The translations under genes were made by a program, and so were the position numbers. The notes beneath the pieces are model-generated. The model was not told the DNA's origin. It did no database searches and was given only the letters and a program-made list of their open reading frames with translations. Below are positions 13,116 through 24,044 of a stretch of DNA of 64,000 nt, piece by piece (positions within the stretch are counted from its first letter, which is position 1; each line of letters begins with the position of its first letter). Source of the stretch: Octopus sinensis (taxonomy: Eukaryota); contig NC_043004.1 in assembly GCF_006345805.1 (NCBI RefSeq), forward strand, positions 58,962,001-59,026,000, read 5' to 3'.

Positions 13116-13789
13116 ATTAAATAATTAAATTTAGAAAAATTAGAAGAAAAGTTTTTTAAAAGAATATTTCTATAGTAGTGTTCAGATTTAAGTGGCATTC
13201 TGCCTTTCTCTGACTCCTTGTTTGCACTTGTGTGTCGGAGGTCGTTGTGAGTTCTTGGAAGGGTAGTAGAGGAAGAAGGCTGGTGGGGAATGGGGGATGG
13301 GAGAATCTGGGAGTGCCCTGATGGTCGTATTTTGAATGGTCAGTGGCGGCTGGCAGTCTCAGTTCAATTCAGGAGAATATTTATATTGACAGGCTTGTTT
13401 ATAGAATTAGCGTAGGTTTATGGAATTAGCGTAGGTGTTATACTAAAAAACATTAGTGACAAAGTTAAGGGGTAGGGGGTGGAGAAGTAGAAGAAGAAGA
13501 AGAAGAAGGAGAAGGAGAAGGAGAAGATGACGATGATGGTGGTGGTGGTGATGATTATGACGACGATGATGATGATAATGATGAAGAAGAAGGAGGAGAA
13601 GGAGAAGATGGTGGTGATGATGGTGGTGATGATGACGACGACGATGATGATGAAGAAGAAGAGAAGAAGAAGAAGAAAAAAAACAGAGAAGGGGAATATG
13701 AAGGGGTGTAAGTATAGCTATGAAGGGGTGTAATAAGGATTCTATGGAGTGTAATATTTGTGTATATATATTTTTTTCTTTTATTCTAA

Positions 13790-14965
13790 AGTTGAGGTAT
13801 ATTAATTGGTTTGTCGTAGACCGTTTAGGTGGCTTGTATTTGAATAAAGAGATTTTCTTTACTTATTCGTTGTCTCGAGGTTGTATCGTCCCTAAATTGG
13901 TAGAGGGGAAAATTCTGAATTTTGGTGTTTTTTTGTTGGCGCAAGTATCTATGTGTTGGCAAAAGCTATTTTTCTGTTTTGGGGAATTTTTATCTGGGAT
14001 CTGTGCAGGGCCATTCGTTTACGCAAACCATTTTTTGTTTGGCCTATGTACTGCTCTTGACACCGGAGCAGGTTAGTGAGTATATTAGGTTCTCCGAAGC
14101 ACATGTGAAGTTGCTTTTCACTGTAAACCGTTGTCCCTGCTTGAAGGAGAACTCTGATCCCTCAATTAGATAGTCGCATATCCCGCAATTGGGTCTTCCA
14201 CATTTTTTTACTGTCGGCTTCTGTGTTGAGGAGTGAATTCGGGCTTGTGTAAGGAGACTTTTCATGGATCTAGGCTGTCTTTTTTTTTTTATGATCGTGT
14301 GTGTTTGGAGGATTGTGTTCATTCTGTGGTCTTTTTTTAGGAGGGGTATGTTGTGGAGGATGGTGTCGAAGGCTTCGTTATTGAGAGGGTTGTGTGTGGA
14401 GATGTATGGTAAGGCTTTTGGTTGTAAGTTTTTCTTTGATTTGGGATGTCTCAGTTCCTTGATGTTAAGTTGAAGGGCACGTTGAATGCACTTGTCAATA
14501 GTGAAGTGGATAGTTCCTGGTGATTAGGGTATCTTTTAGTTCTTGTAGTCGTGTGTCTCTGGTGTTTGCGTTAGAGACTATAGTGCATATCCTTTTTGCT
14601 AGATGAAGGTGGGGATATTCATCCTGGTGTGTCTGGGGTGGCATGAATTGAATGGAAGATATTGCTTAGTCTGTAGGCTTATAGTATATGTCTGTTTCTA
14701 TTATATTATTAGCTTTCTTAATGAGGATATCGAGGAAGGGGAGTTTTGTTGTTGGCTATATTCCATCGTGAATTGGATGTTTACGTCCAGTCCGTTTAAA
14801 ATTTTCTGGAATTCTATGAGTTTTCTATATTTTTATGCCAAAGGATGAAACAGTCATCTAGATATCTCTTCCAGTTGTTTTCTATGTAGATGGAGAAAGG
14901 GCTGCCATATCTTTCTAGAACCTTACGATACAGACTGATCTCTAGGTATCCTATGACTAGGTTGG
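13790..14965 (-). pseudogene. Disrupted Penelope ORF C-terminus: RT (RYLDD), thumb/linker, Cys-rich motif, GIY-YIG endonuclease
   Basis: ORF pieces 14814-15017 (ANLVIGYLE..WKRYLDDCFILW) and 14044-14322 (KCGRPNCGICDY..NLIYSLTC), with stops and frameshifts between them. Confidence 0.88.
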
Positions 14966-15485
14966 CAATCCTCCAAACACACACGATCATAAAAAGCAAA
15001 AGACAGCCTAGATCCATGAAAAGTCTCCTTACACAAGCCCGAATTCACTCCTCAACACAGAAGCCGACAGTAAAAAAATGTGGAAGACCCAATTGCGGGA
15101 TATGCGACTATCTAATTGAGGGATCAGAGTTCTCCTTCAAGCAGGGACAACGGTTTACAGTGAAAAGCAACTTCACATGTGCTTCGGAGAACCTAATATA
15201 CTCACTAACCTGCTCCGGGTTCAAGAGCAGTACATAGGCCAAACAAAAAATGGTTTGCGTAAACGAATGGCCCTGCACAGATCCCAGATAAAAATTCCCC
15301 AAAACAGAAAAATAGCTTTTAGCCAACACATAGATACTTGCGCCAACAAAAAAACACCAAACTTCAGAATTTTCCCCCTCTACCAATTTAGGGACGATAC
15401 AACCTCGAGACAACGAATAAGTAAAGAAAATCTCTTTATTACAAAATACAAGCCACTTCTAAACGGGTCTACGACAAACAATTAA
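14966..15485 (+). pseudogene. Second (inverted) copy of the GIY-YIG endonuclease region, one frameshift
   Basis: KCGRPNCGICDY..LIYSLTCSG / QEQYIGQTKNGLRKRMALHRSQIK..SQHIDTC..KENLFITKYKPLLN* (ORFs 14890-15237 and 15177-15485). Confidence 0.88.
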
Positions 15486-16179
15486 TATACCTCAACTTTA
15501 GAATAAAAGAAAAAAATATATATACACACAAATATTACACTCCATAGAATCCATTACTAATCAGACCCCTTCATAGCTATATACACACTACACCCTTCAT
15601 ATTCCCCCTTCTCTGTTTTTCTTCTTCTTCTTCTTCCTCTTCTTCTTCGTCATCATCATTATCATCATCATCGTCGTCATCATCATCACCACCATCTTCT
15701 CCTTCTCCTCCTTCTTCTTCATCATCATCATTATCATCACTGGTCGTCATAATCATCACCACCACCACCATCATCGTCATCTTCTCCTTCTCCTTCTCCT
15801 TCTACTTCTCCACCCCTACCCCTTAACTTTGTCACTAATGTTTTTTAGTATAACACCTACGCTAATTCTATAAACCTACGCTAATTCTATAAACAAGCCT
15901 GTCAATATAAATATTCTCCTGAATTAACTGAACTGAGACTGCCAGCCGCCACTGACCATTCAAAATACGACCATCAGGGCACTCCCAGATTCTCCCATCC
16001 CCCATCCCCACCAGCCTTCTTCCTCTACTACCTTCCAAGAACTCACAACGGACCTCGACACACAAGTGCAAACAAGGGAGTCAGAGAAAGGCAGAATGCC
16101 ACTTAAATCTGAACACTACTATAGAAATATTCTTTTAAAAAAACTTTTCTTCTAATTTTTCTAAATTTAATTATTTAAT

Positions 16180-16227
16180 CGTTACAGTTGAAAAGGTCTC
16201 AAAATGACCGAAACCGGTACTGAAATG
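16180..16227 (+). ncRNA. Minimal type I hammerhead motif, U3-A8 core variant, at the 3' end of the Penelope right arm
   Basis: CGUU A CAG UUGAAAA GGUC ucaaaau GACC GAA ACCGGU A CUG A AAUG. Helix II 4 bp, palindromic helix III ACCGGU, GUA triplet. Confidence 0.7.
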
Positions 16228-16291
16228 TTCACTATAAAATTATTTTAGCATTTTCTATTTTTGACTTGTTTTTTCATATATATAATATATA

Positions 16292-16336
<45 letters not shown>

Positions 16337-17820
16337 ATATGCGCGTGTGTGTTTGTGTGTCTGTGTTTGTCCCCTAGCATTGCTTGACAACCGATGCTGG
16401 TGTGTTTATTTTCCCGTTACTTAGCGGTTCGGCAAACGAGACCGATAGAATAAGTACTGGGCTTACAAAAGAATAAGTCCCGGGGTCGAGTTGCTCGACT
16501 AAAGGCGGTGCTCCAGCATGGCCGCAGTCAAATGACTGAAACAAGTAAAAGAGTAAAAGAGAGAGTATATATGTGTGTATGTGTGTGTTTGTGTGTCTGT
16601 GTTTGTGCACCCCATCATCGCTGACAACCGATGCTGGTGTGTTTACATCCCCGTTACTAAGCGGTTCGGCAAAAGAGACCGATAGAATAAGTACTAGGCT
16701 TACAAACAATAAGTCCTGGGGTCGATTTGCTCGACTAAAAGGCGGTGTTCCAGCATGGCCGCAGTCAAATGACTGAAACAAGTAAAAGAGTACGGTATTT
16801 GGCATCCTCGTATTTGTCTATGAAATGAAGTACCTAGCCAAAGGACCCGATGCACTGCCCAGCCGAAGCCCCTTGAGCCGATCGTGATCCAAACATTTTA
16901 ACCACTTGTCTACGAGTTCTCACACTTTATGTATAGTGAATTATGGAAGTGTAGAGTGATATTGATCGATATTAAACACTGACTAATGAAAATTTAGTAT
17001 TAAACATTGATTAGCATCCTTTATTTCGCATTCCATAATTATTTCTAGTTTGTTTTCCAATAATTTATGAATTAATTATATCAACACTAACTCAACTATT
17101 GGTTTTCATGCAGATGGTGTGATTATTTTGCAAATGTTTCTATACTCTTATGCCAATAAATGTGTCTATTTTGAACCTTCATTTAGTTATTCCTCATCAC
17201 TATTTAAGCAAGTATGAGGGAATATACGGTTAGGTGAAGAGTTCAGAATAAAACCAAAACATGTCCAGATTTACCTCCCTTACTTCTTTGAAAATTGAAG
17301 AAAAGTGTTTATTCACTAATGTAATTTTTATCTCATCGTATAATTACATCTAGTGTGCTATTTAATATACTCCCAGCACGAAATATATTTTACAGCAATG
17401 TAACTATGTATGTATGTATGTATGTATGTATGTATGTATGTATGTATGTATGTATGTATGTATGTATGGTGTGTATGTGTATGTATGTATGCATGCATGC
17501 ATGCATACACATACATACATACATACATACATACATACATACATACATACATACATACATAGAGTTGATATTTTGGACAAGCATGAATCGTGCTGAAACT
17601 TGGTTAGTTTACTTCTCAGCACCCATCTATACACACACACACACATATATGTAGGTGTACACGCATATTTATATGTATACTTTATATTCATGCAAATATT
17701 AAAGTAATATCTATCATATAACTAATAAGATTACGAAACAGCTGTAAACGAATCGGAAAAACATCTGTTCTCTCACTTTCCTAGTCTGCCTTCAGATATA
17801 CATACATATATATATATATA

Positions 17821-17860
<40 letters not shown>

Positions 17861-18719
17861 TGTACACTGATAAATTTCCTATACACATACACACACACAT
17901 ATATATATATAACAGGCTCTATGAAAAACATGCATTCATGTCTTTCAGAGTTATTACAATGAAAATGAAGTGAACTTGCTTTAATCACAGATCAAAAACT
18001 ATCTCCTACATAAGACGCTTGCACCATTTCACCGATGGTTATTATTTCTCAGAAATGAATACACAAAATTATTCGAATCGCCGGCTGTTTAGTCAAGTTT
18101 AGTGATACAGTGTCTTGCTTAAAGAACTGAAAAGATGAGAGGTGAACTAGACCGTAATTGGATATCAACTCAGATCGCAGAGCGTTAACTAATGTTGTAA
18201 AGTGTTTTATTGGATGCTTTAACGACTAGAAGTTTAGTATTAATATTATCGATTGCGAAAGATGTAAAGCAAAGACAACTCCGTGGGGTCTTAGTACAGG
18301 AATAGAATGGCAAAAAGCTAAAGACTTGAAAACATTTAGTTCTGTCACTGTAAATGAATCTTACTTTGCATGTGTGTGTGTGTACGTGTGTGTGTATGTG
18401 TGTGTGTGTGTACGTTTGTGTGTGTGTGTATGTGTGTGTACGTTTGTGTGTGTAACACAAGCTTCCACATTGGTTTTGCTCACCAAGACACATAATATCT
18501 ATAAACACACACATATATATATATATACATACATTTTTGTACACACACACACATACACATGTATACACAGATACATACATACATACAAACGTACATATAT
18601 ATATATATATATAAATTTATTTCGTCAATGTATTTACTGCGGTGATGTTTTAACCATATCGCACATGGAATTTAGAAACGGGCATTTTAAACTGGTCATG
18701 ATGCATACGTGCATATATG

Positions 18720-18724
18720 TAATA

Positions 18725-18755
<31 letters not shown>

Positions 18756-19035
18756 AATTATTGTGTACAGTGCTCAGGTGCACCACAACTTGTCAGAGTA
18801 TATGCAGTAATGTACAAATGTCTGGAAAGCGAACAATGTATGAGTCAGATACATGCTTGTGTGTGTATGGAGGGGAGAAAATCAGGTGTAGTGTTGGCGA
18901 ATCTCAGAAAGCATGGAAGTTTTGAAGGATGCAGTGCTCCGACAACTAACAACTGATGCCGGGAGTTTGTTCCATGCTTCAGCAACTCTCAGCGTGAAAA
19001 AATGTTTCCTTAAGTCATGGGAGTTGTGCTGTGAG
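18720..19035 (-). mobile_element. CR1/L2-type LINE 3' end with (ATT)n tail
   Basis: Minus frame HNSHDLRKHFFTLRVAEAWNKLPASVV..FK. The same 3' tip recurs at about 37285-37330 (+). Confidence 0.75.
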
Positions 19036-19122
19036 CTGTGTATACGTTCATATACGTAAGTATTCGTATGTTGTATTTATATATATATATATATATATGT
19101 ATTTATGTTTCTCTCAGCATAT

Positions 19123-19181
19123 ATTACACTGATGAGGCAAAGCATTTCTAAATGCAAAATCAGAAATCCGGGATCTGGAAT
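19123..19181 (+). ncRNA. Type I hammerhead motif with extended helix II, AUC triplet
   Basis: AUUACA CUGAUGA GG caaa GCAUUU cu AAAUGC aaaa UC A GAA AUCC G GGAU C UGGAAU. Confidence 0.6.
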
Positions 19182-19768
19182 TATCCAGTAATTTTTTACT
19201 AGTTTTATTTTGTCTTTTCGTCTTCTCTCCTTGTGCTATATGAAAACTTAAGGTGGTTTTAGAGTAAGATCCTGGCTGCTATTTTCAGCATGGCGGTATC
19301 TCGTAGATACCTTAAGTTATAATTTTAATATATATATATTTGTGAAAGAAGACAACGAACGCCAAGGCATAACAAGCATCTCAATTCATATACATTATTT
19401 TCTTATTTCCTTATTCTTTACTCTTCTGTTTCATCGTTTATTATCTGCTAATTTTCCATGTCTAGATCTTTCATATATTCTCTACTTGTCTCCGATGGAG
19501 TACCCCATATTTAGGCATACTCGCCTATCAGAAATAGCTGTAAAACTTCAACTAACTTAAGAATAATATACGATAATGTACATGAATTGAGATGCTTGTT
19601 ATGTCTCGGCGTTTGTTGTCCTCTTTCACAGATATATAACTGGTTATTCGGAAACCTAAAATGGATCCATAGCTCTCGTCTCAGTTACGAGCTTGGAACC
19701 ATTATAATCCGTTAAAACATTTACCCAGCGTACCTATTCTTTTAGATCACCAGTGATCACCCTCATAT

Positions 19769-19818
<50 letters not shown>

Positions 19819-19884
19819 GTGTGTGTGTGGGTGTGTGTATATATATGTGTGTGTGTGTGTGTGTATATATTTACATATACATAT

Positions 19885-20285
19885 ACTCTTTTACTCTTTT
19901 GACTGCGGTCGTGCTGGAGCACCGCCTTTAGTCGAGCAAATCGACCCCGGGACTTATTCTTTGTAAGCCCAGTACTTATTCTATCGGTCTCTTTTGCCGA
20001 ACCGCTAAGTGACGGGGACGTAAACACACCAGCATCGGTTGTCATGCAATGCTAGGGGCACAAACACAGACACACAAACACACACACACATATGTATGTA
20101 CATATATATATATTACATATATACGACAGGCTTCTTTCAGTTTCCGTCTACCAAATCCACTCACAAGGCATTGGTCGGCCCGGGGCTATAGCAGAAGACA
20201 CTTGCCCAAGATGCCACGCAGTGGGACTGAACCCGGAACCATGTGGCTGGTTAGCAAGCTACTTACCACACAGCTACTCCAGCGC
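19885..20285 (-). mobile_element. SINE family A
   Basis: Reverse complement of the consensus. Similar minus copies at 23355-23790, 29270-29790, 41660-42045, 43600-44010, 45800-46250, 47075-47500, 52580-52975 and 54420-54705. Confidence 0.85.
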
Positions 20286-21548
20286 CTATGTATATAAATA
20301 ATGTTTGTGAGCATTTCGTCGTATTTGCTTTTGCCATTCTCCAGTACGCTCGTCAGCTAGTTCCCAGTGGATTTTCTCCAAAGTGAACAATACCAACTTT
20401 AAAGACAAGAAATTGTAATGATCTCTTTGACGTTGACTGATGAGGAATTAGCTACGAATTTTCTGTTTGTTATAATTTTGTAAAATTTTCCGTTTGTTGT
20501 GTATTTATTAAATTTTTGAAATATATATAAATATAATCACACACACACACACATATATATATGTGTGTGTATATATATATGTATGTATATATATATATAT
20601 ATGTACATACATACACACACACATATATATATATGTGTGTATGTATGTATGTACATATATATATATACATACATACAGGCATGCATGCATCCATACATGT
20701 ATGCATACATACATATATATATACTTATACATATGTATGCATGTATGTATTTATAAGTGAGAAAAAAACTGATGAATAAAAAAGTTTTAAAATACATAAA
20801 AACAATAACAATAACAACAAAAAGCAACAAATTGAATCCCAAATTAATTATTTGGCATATTTCTAAAAACGTTTTGAACATCAAACATTCTAAGCCAAAG
20901 AATAAAAAAAAAAACATTGCAAAAATATATTGAAAAACTTCACAAAAATCGTTAATCGCAGAACACAAGCAAATTCTAATAAGGAAGCAAAGACGCAAAG
21001 AACTAGAGATTGCAAAAAATGGTTATAAAAGTTTTAAAAATAGTTAGTTATGAATTTTAAGGACGTTGAATACAACGAATAAGTGACGCAAAAGAAATAA
21101 TTGAACATCTACTAAAAAAAAAAATGGTTATTAAATTCTAAATGTATTAATTAATCCACAAAAGGAACGAAAGATTAGAAAGAGAAAAGCATGATGAAAA
21201 TCGAAGCGGAACTCAAAATAACACGTTGTCCAATAAAAATCCTTATATAACCCTCCACCAAAAACAAAACTAAAACAAATGAAAACAACAACAACAACAC
21301 ACGCACAAAAGTTAAAGGATTATTGGTTTAAAAATAAAAGGGGAATTTTGTAACGAAATATTTATGAGTTTCCCAATATAAGATAATGAAATCGAAAATC
21401 AGGAACTGAAGTATTACGGATTCTAATGAGTTTTGAACTAAAAAAGAAGAATTTTGGTATCTGAAATAATAATAATTTTATGAAGAGAACTGCCAAAATA
21501 AAGCATAAATTATTCGATCCAAGATTAAGTAAGGATACTATAATAAGG

Positions 21549-21618
<70 letters not shown>

Positions 21619-21837
21619 TAATAATAATAATAATAATAATAATGATAATAATTTCTATTATAGGCACAAAGCCTGAAATTTGGGGGGAGGGGGATAATCG
21701 ATTACATCGACCCCAGTACTCGACTGGTACTTAATTTATCGACCCTGAAAGGATGAAAGGCTAAGTCGACCTCGGCAGAATACTACTACTACTACTACAA
21801 CTACTACTACTACTACTACTACTATACTACTACTACT

Positions 21838-21914
<77 letters not shown>

Positions 21915-22765
21915 TTTTAAAACTGTAAGAAAAGCGAAGTGAACAAATTTGAATTAAAAGCTAAAAATTTAAACTAAAAGTTAAAAGTAAAATGTGTATT
22001 AAGATATTTAATGTACCGAGTTAAGATATTGGAATATCTTAACAGCTATTGTAAGGAGAGAGGAAAATTGTTATCTTAATGATGAATTCTTTTCCAAAAG
22101 GACAGGGGAGATAAAACCTGTCAATAAATAACGATAAAATCTAACACATTAAAGTACAGTACCGAAACAAATATCCGGCAAGCTTGCAACCGGAATTGGT
22201 CCGGATTCTTGAATTTTCCAATTTTCTAGAGATAGCCTAAATATATATTAAAATTATAAAATAAACCATAGAAAGTATAAATCTTTATTAATCCACCGTC
22301 TTATCAATCAACCAACTTCAAACACATACATGCAGATATACACACACGTACATACATACATAGAGGCACATGGCCTAGTGGTTAGAGCAGCGGACTTGCG
22401 GTCGAGGGATCGTGGGTTCGAATCTCAGACCGGGCGATGAGTGTGTTTATGAGCGAAACACCTAAGCTCCACTCGGCTCCGGCAGAAGGTAATGGCGATC
22501 TTCTGCTGACTCTTTCGCCACAACTCTTTCCTCCTGCATCTTGCAGCTCACCTGCGATGGACCGGCGCCAAGGAAACCCGCCCTTATGAGCCAGGCGTGG
22601 CTCGAGAAGGAACAAACAACATACATACAATAACTTAGGTTAGGATTTCTAGTTAGTAAAACATATTAATAAACACAGGTGAGGTAGCGTTATGTCTATC
22701 GACATAGCTTACCTTTTGTTAGTTGCACAAAAGCAGACTAAAGTCGTTTGTTATGGAGGACTTAC

Positions 22766-22810
22766 CTGTCCTTTTAAGTTTATGTGTGCCATTCAGAATC
22801 TCTTGGATTT
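22766..22810 (-). CDS. NOS1AP: 45-nt internal exon (phase 1-1), (E)IQEILNGTHKLKRT
   Basis: Acceptor ggcttcttttag, perfect CAG|gtaagt donor, non-repetitive sequence. Joins exon 5063-5214 in frame (G+CA=Ala). Confidence 0.62.
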
Positions 22811-23868
22811 CTAAAAGAAGCCAAATTTATTGTAGTTTTATTTATTTTCTGCGTTTTATTTATTTTGCAATACAAAACAATACTTTAAATGATGTGTTGT
22901 GTGTGTGTGTGTGTGTGTGTGTGTGAGTGTGTGCGCGCGAATATGATTATGTATATGAGATTGTGTGTGTGATTGTGTGTGTGTGAATGTGATTGAGTGT
23001 GTGTAAGTGTGTGCACGTGCCTGCGGTTGGAAGAATCTTAGTTGACCAAATTCACTGACAAAGAATTCAAGAGATCTGTGACGGGATTTTGATTTTTCAG
23101 TGCCTCATAATATGATGGTTTCGAATTTTGGCACAAGGCCAGGAATTTCGTGGGAGGGGCTAAGTCGATCAAATCATCACATCGACCCCAGTGCTCAGCT
23201 GGTACTTATTTTATCAACTCCGAGAGGATGAAAGGCAAAGTCGACCTCGGCAGATTCTGAACCCAGAACGTAAAGATGGACGATATGCCGCTAAGCAATT
23301 TCTCGCCAGCTCGCTGCCTTAAGCTTATATTCTTTAATTCTTTAACTTCTTTAACTTTCTTAACTTGTTTCAGTCATTTGAGTGTGGCCATGCTGGAGCA
23401 CCGCCTTTAGTCGAGCAAATCGACCCCAGGACTTATTCTTGTAAGCCCAGTACATATTCTATCGGTCTCTTTTGCCGAACCGCTAAGTTACGGGGACGTA
23501 AACGCACCAGCATCGGTTGTCGAGCAATGCTAGGGGGACAAACACAGACATACACACAACACCCACATATAGATATATATATAATAATATATATATATAT
23601 ATATTATATATATATATATACACACATATATACGACAGGCTTCTTTCAGTTCCGTCTACCAAATCCACTCACAAGGCATTGGTCTGCCCGGAGCTATAGC
23701 AGAAGACTGCCCAAGATTGCCACGCAGTGGGATTGAACCCGGAACCATGGTTGGTTAGCAAGCTACTTACCACACAGCCACTCCTGCGCCTTATCTCTCT
23801 CTATATAAACGGCAGTTTGTCTGTATGTGTTTCTGTGTGTCTGTGCTTGTACCCTCACCCTGACACTG

Positions 23869-23968
23869 NNNNNNNNNNNNNNNNNNNNNNNNNNNNNNNN
23901 NNNNNNNNNNNNNNNNNNNNNNNNNNNNNNNNNNNNNNNNNNNNNNNNNNNNNNNNNNNNNNNNNNNN
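23869..23968. other. Assembly gap (100 N)
   Basis: Run of exactly 100 N, so the true distance between the 18-nt and 45-nt exons is unknown. Confidence 0.99.
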
Positions 23969-23977
23969 TTTCCTCAC

Positions 23978-23995
23978 CATTCGTTGTGATTATTT
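23978..23995 (-). CDS. NOS1AP: Candidate 18-nt microexon (21 nt with upstream AAG acceptor), phase 1-1, xIITTN(E)
   Basis: About 30-nt pure polypyrimidine tract, tandem aag/cag acceptor, ATG|gtgagg donor. In frame with the 45-nt exon (G+AA=Glu). Confidence 0.5.
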
Positions 23996-24044
23996 CTGCT
24001 TTAGAACGTCGAAAAAAAAAAGGTGAAAAAAAGAAAAGAAAATG

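Larger units (their letters stand above)
13012..16284. mobile_element. Penelope-like retroelement with inverted ~1.3-kb arms (13012-14315 and 14966-16284) around a 650-bp RT spacer
   Basis: The arms are reverse complements. Minus strand encodes the RT motif WKRYLDDCF; both arms encode the GIY-YIG region. (TA)n on both flanks. Confidence 0.92.
12742..16790 (+). mobile_element. SINE family A split by the Penelope element (head 12742-12900, tail 16341-16560, duplicated tail 16570-16790)
   Basis: Head and tail are colinear across the insertion, each abutting (TA)n. Confidence 0.8.

Noticed and set aside
20300-20362. CUGACGA GCGUA..UACGAC GAAAUGCUCAC on the minus strand
   Set aside because: Core and helix II are plausible, but no helix I or valid helix III/NUH could be formed.
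22363-22440. tRNA-like sequence (also 42987-43060 and other SINE heads)
   Set aside because: These continue into SINE bodies and lack complete cloverleaf/acceptor stems. They are SINE heads, not tRNA genes.
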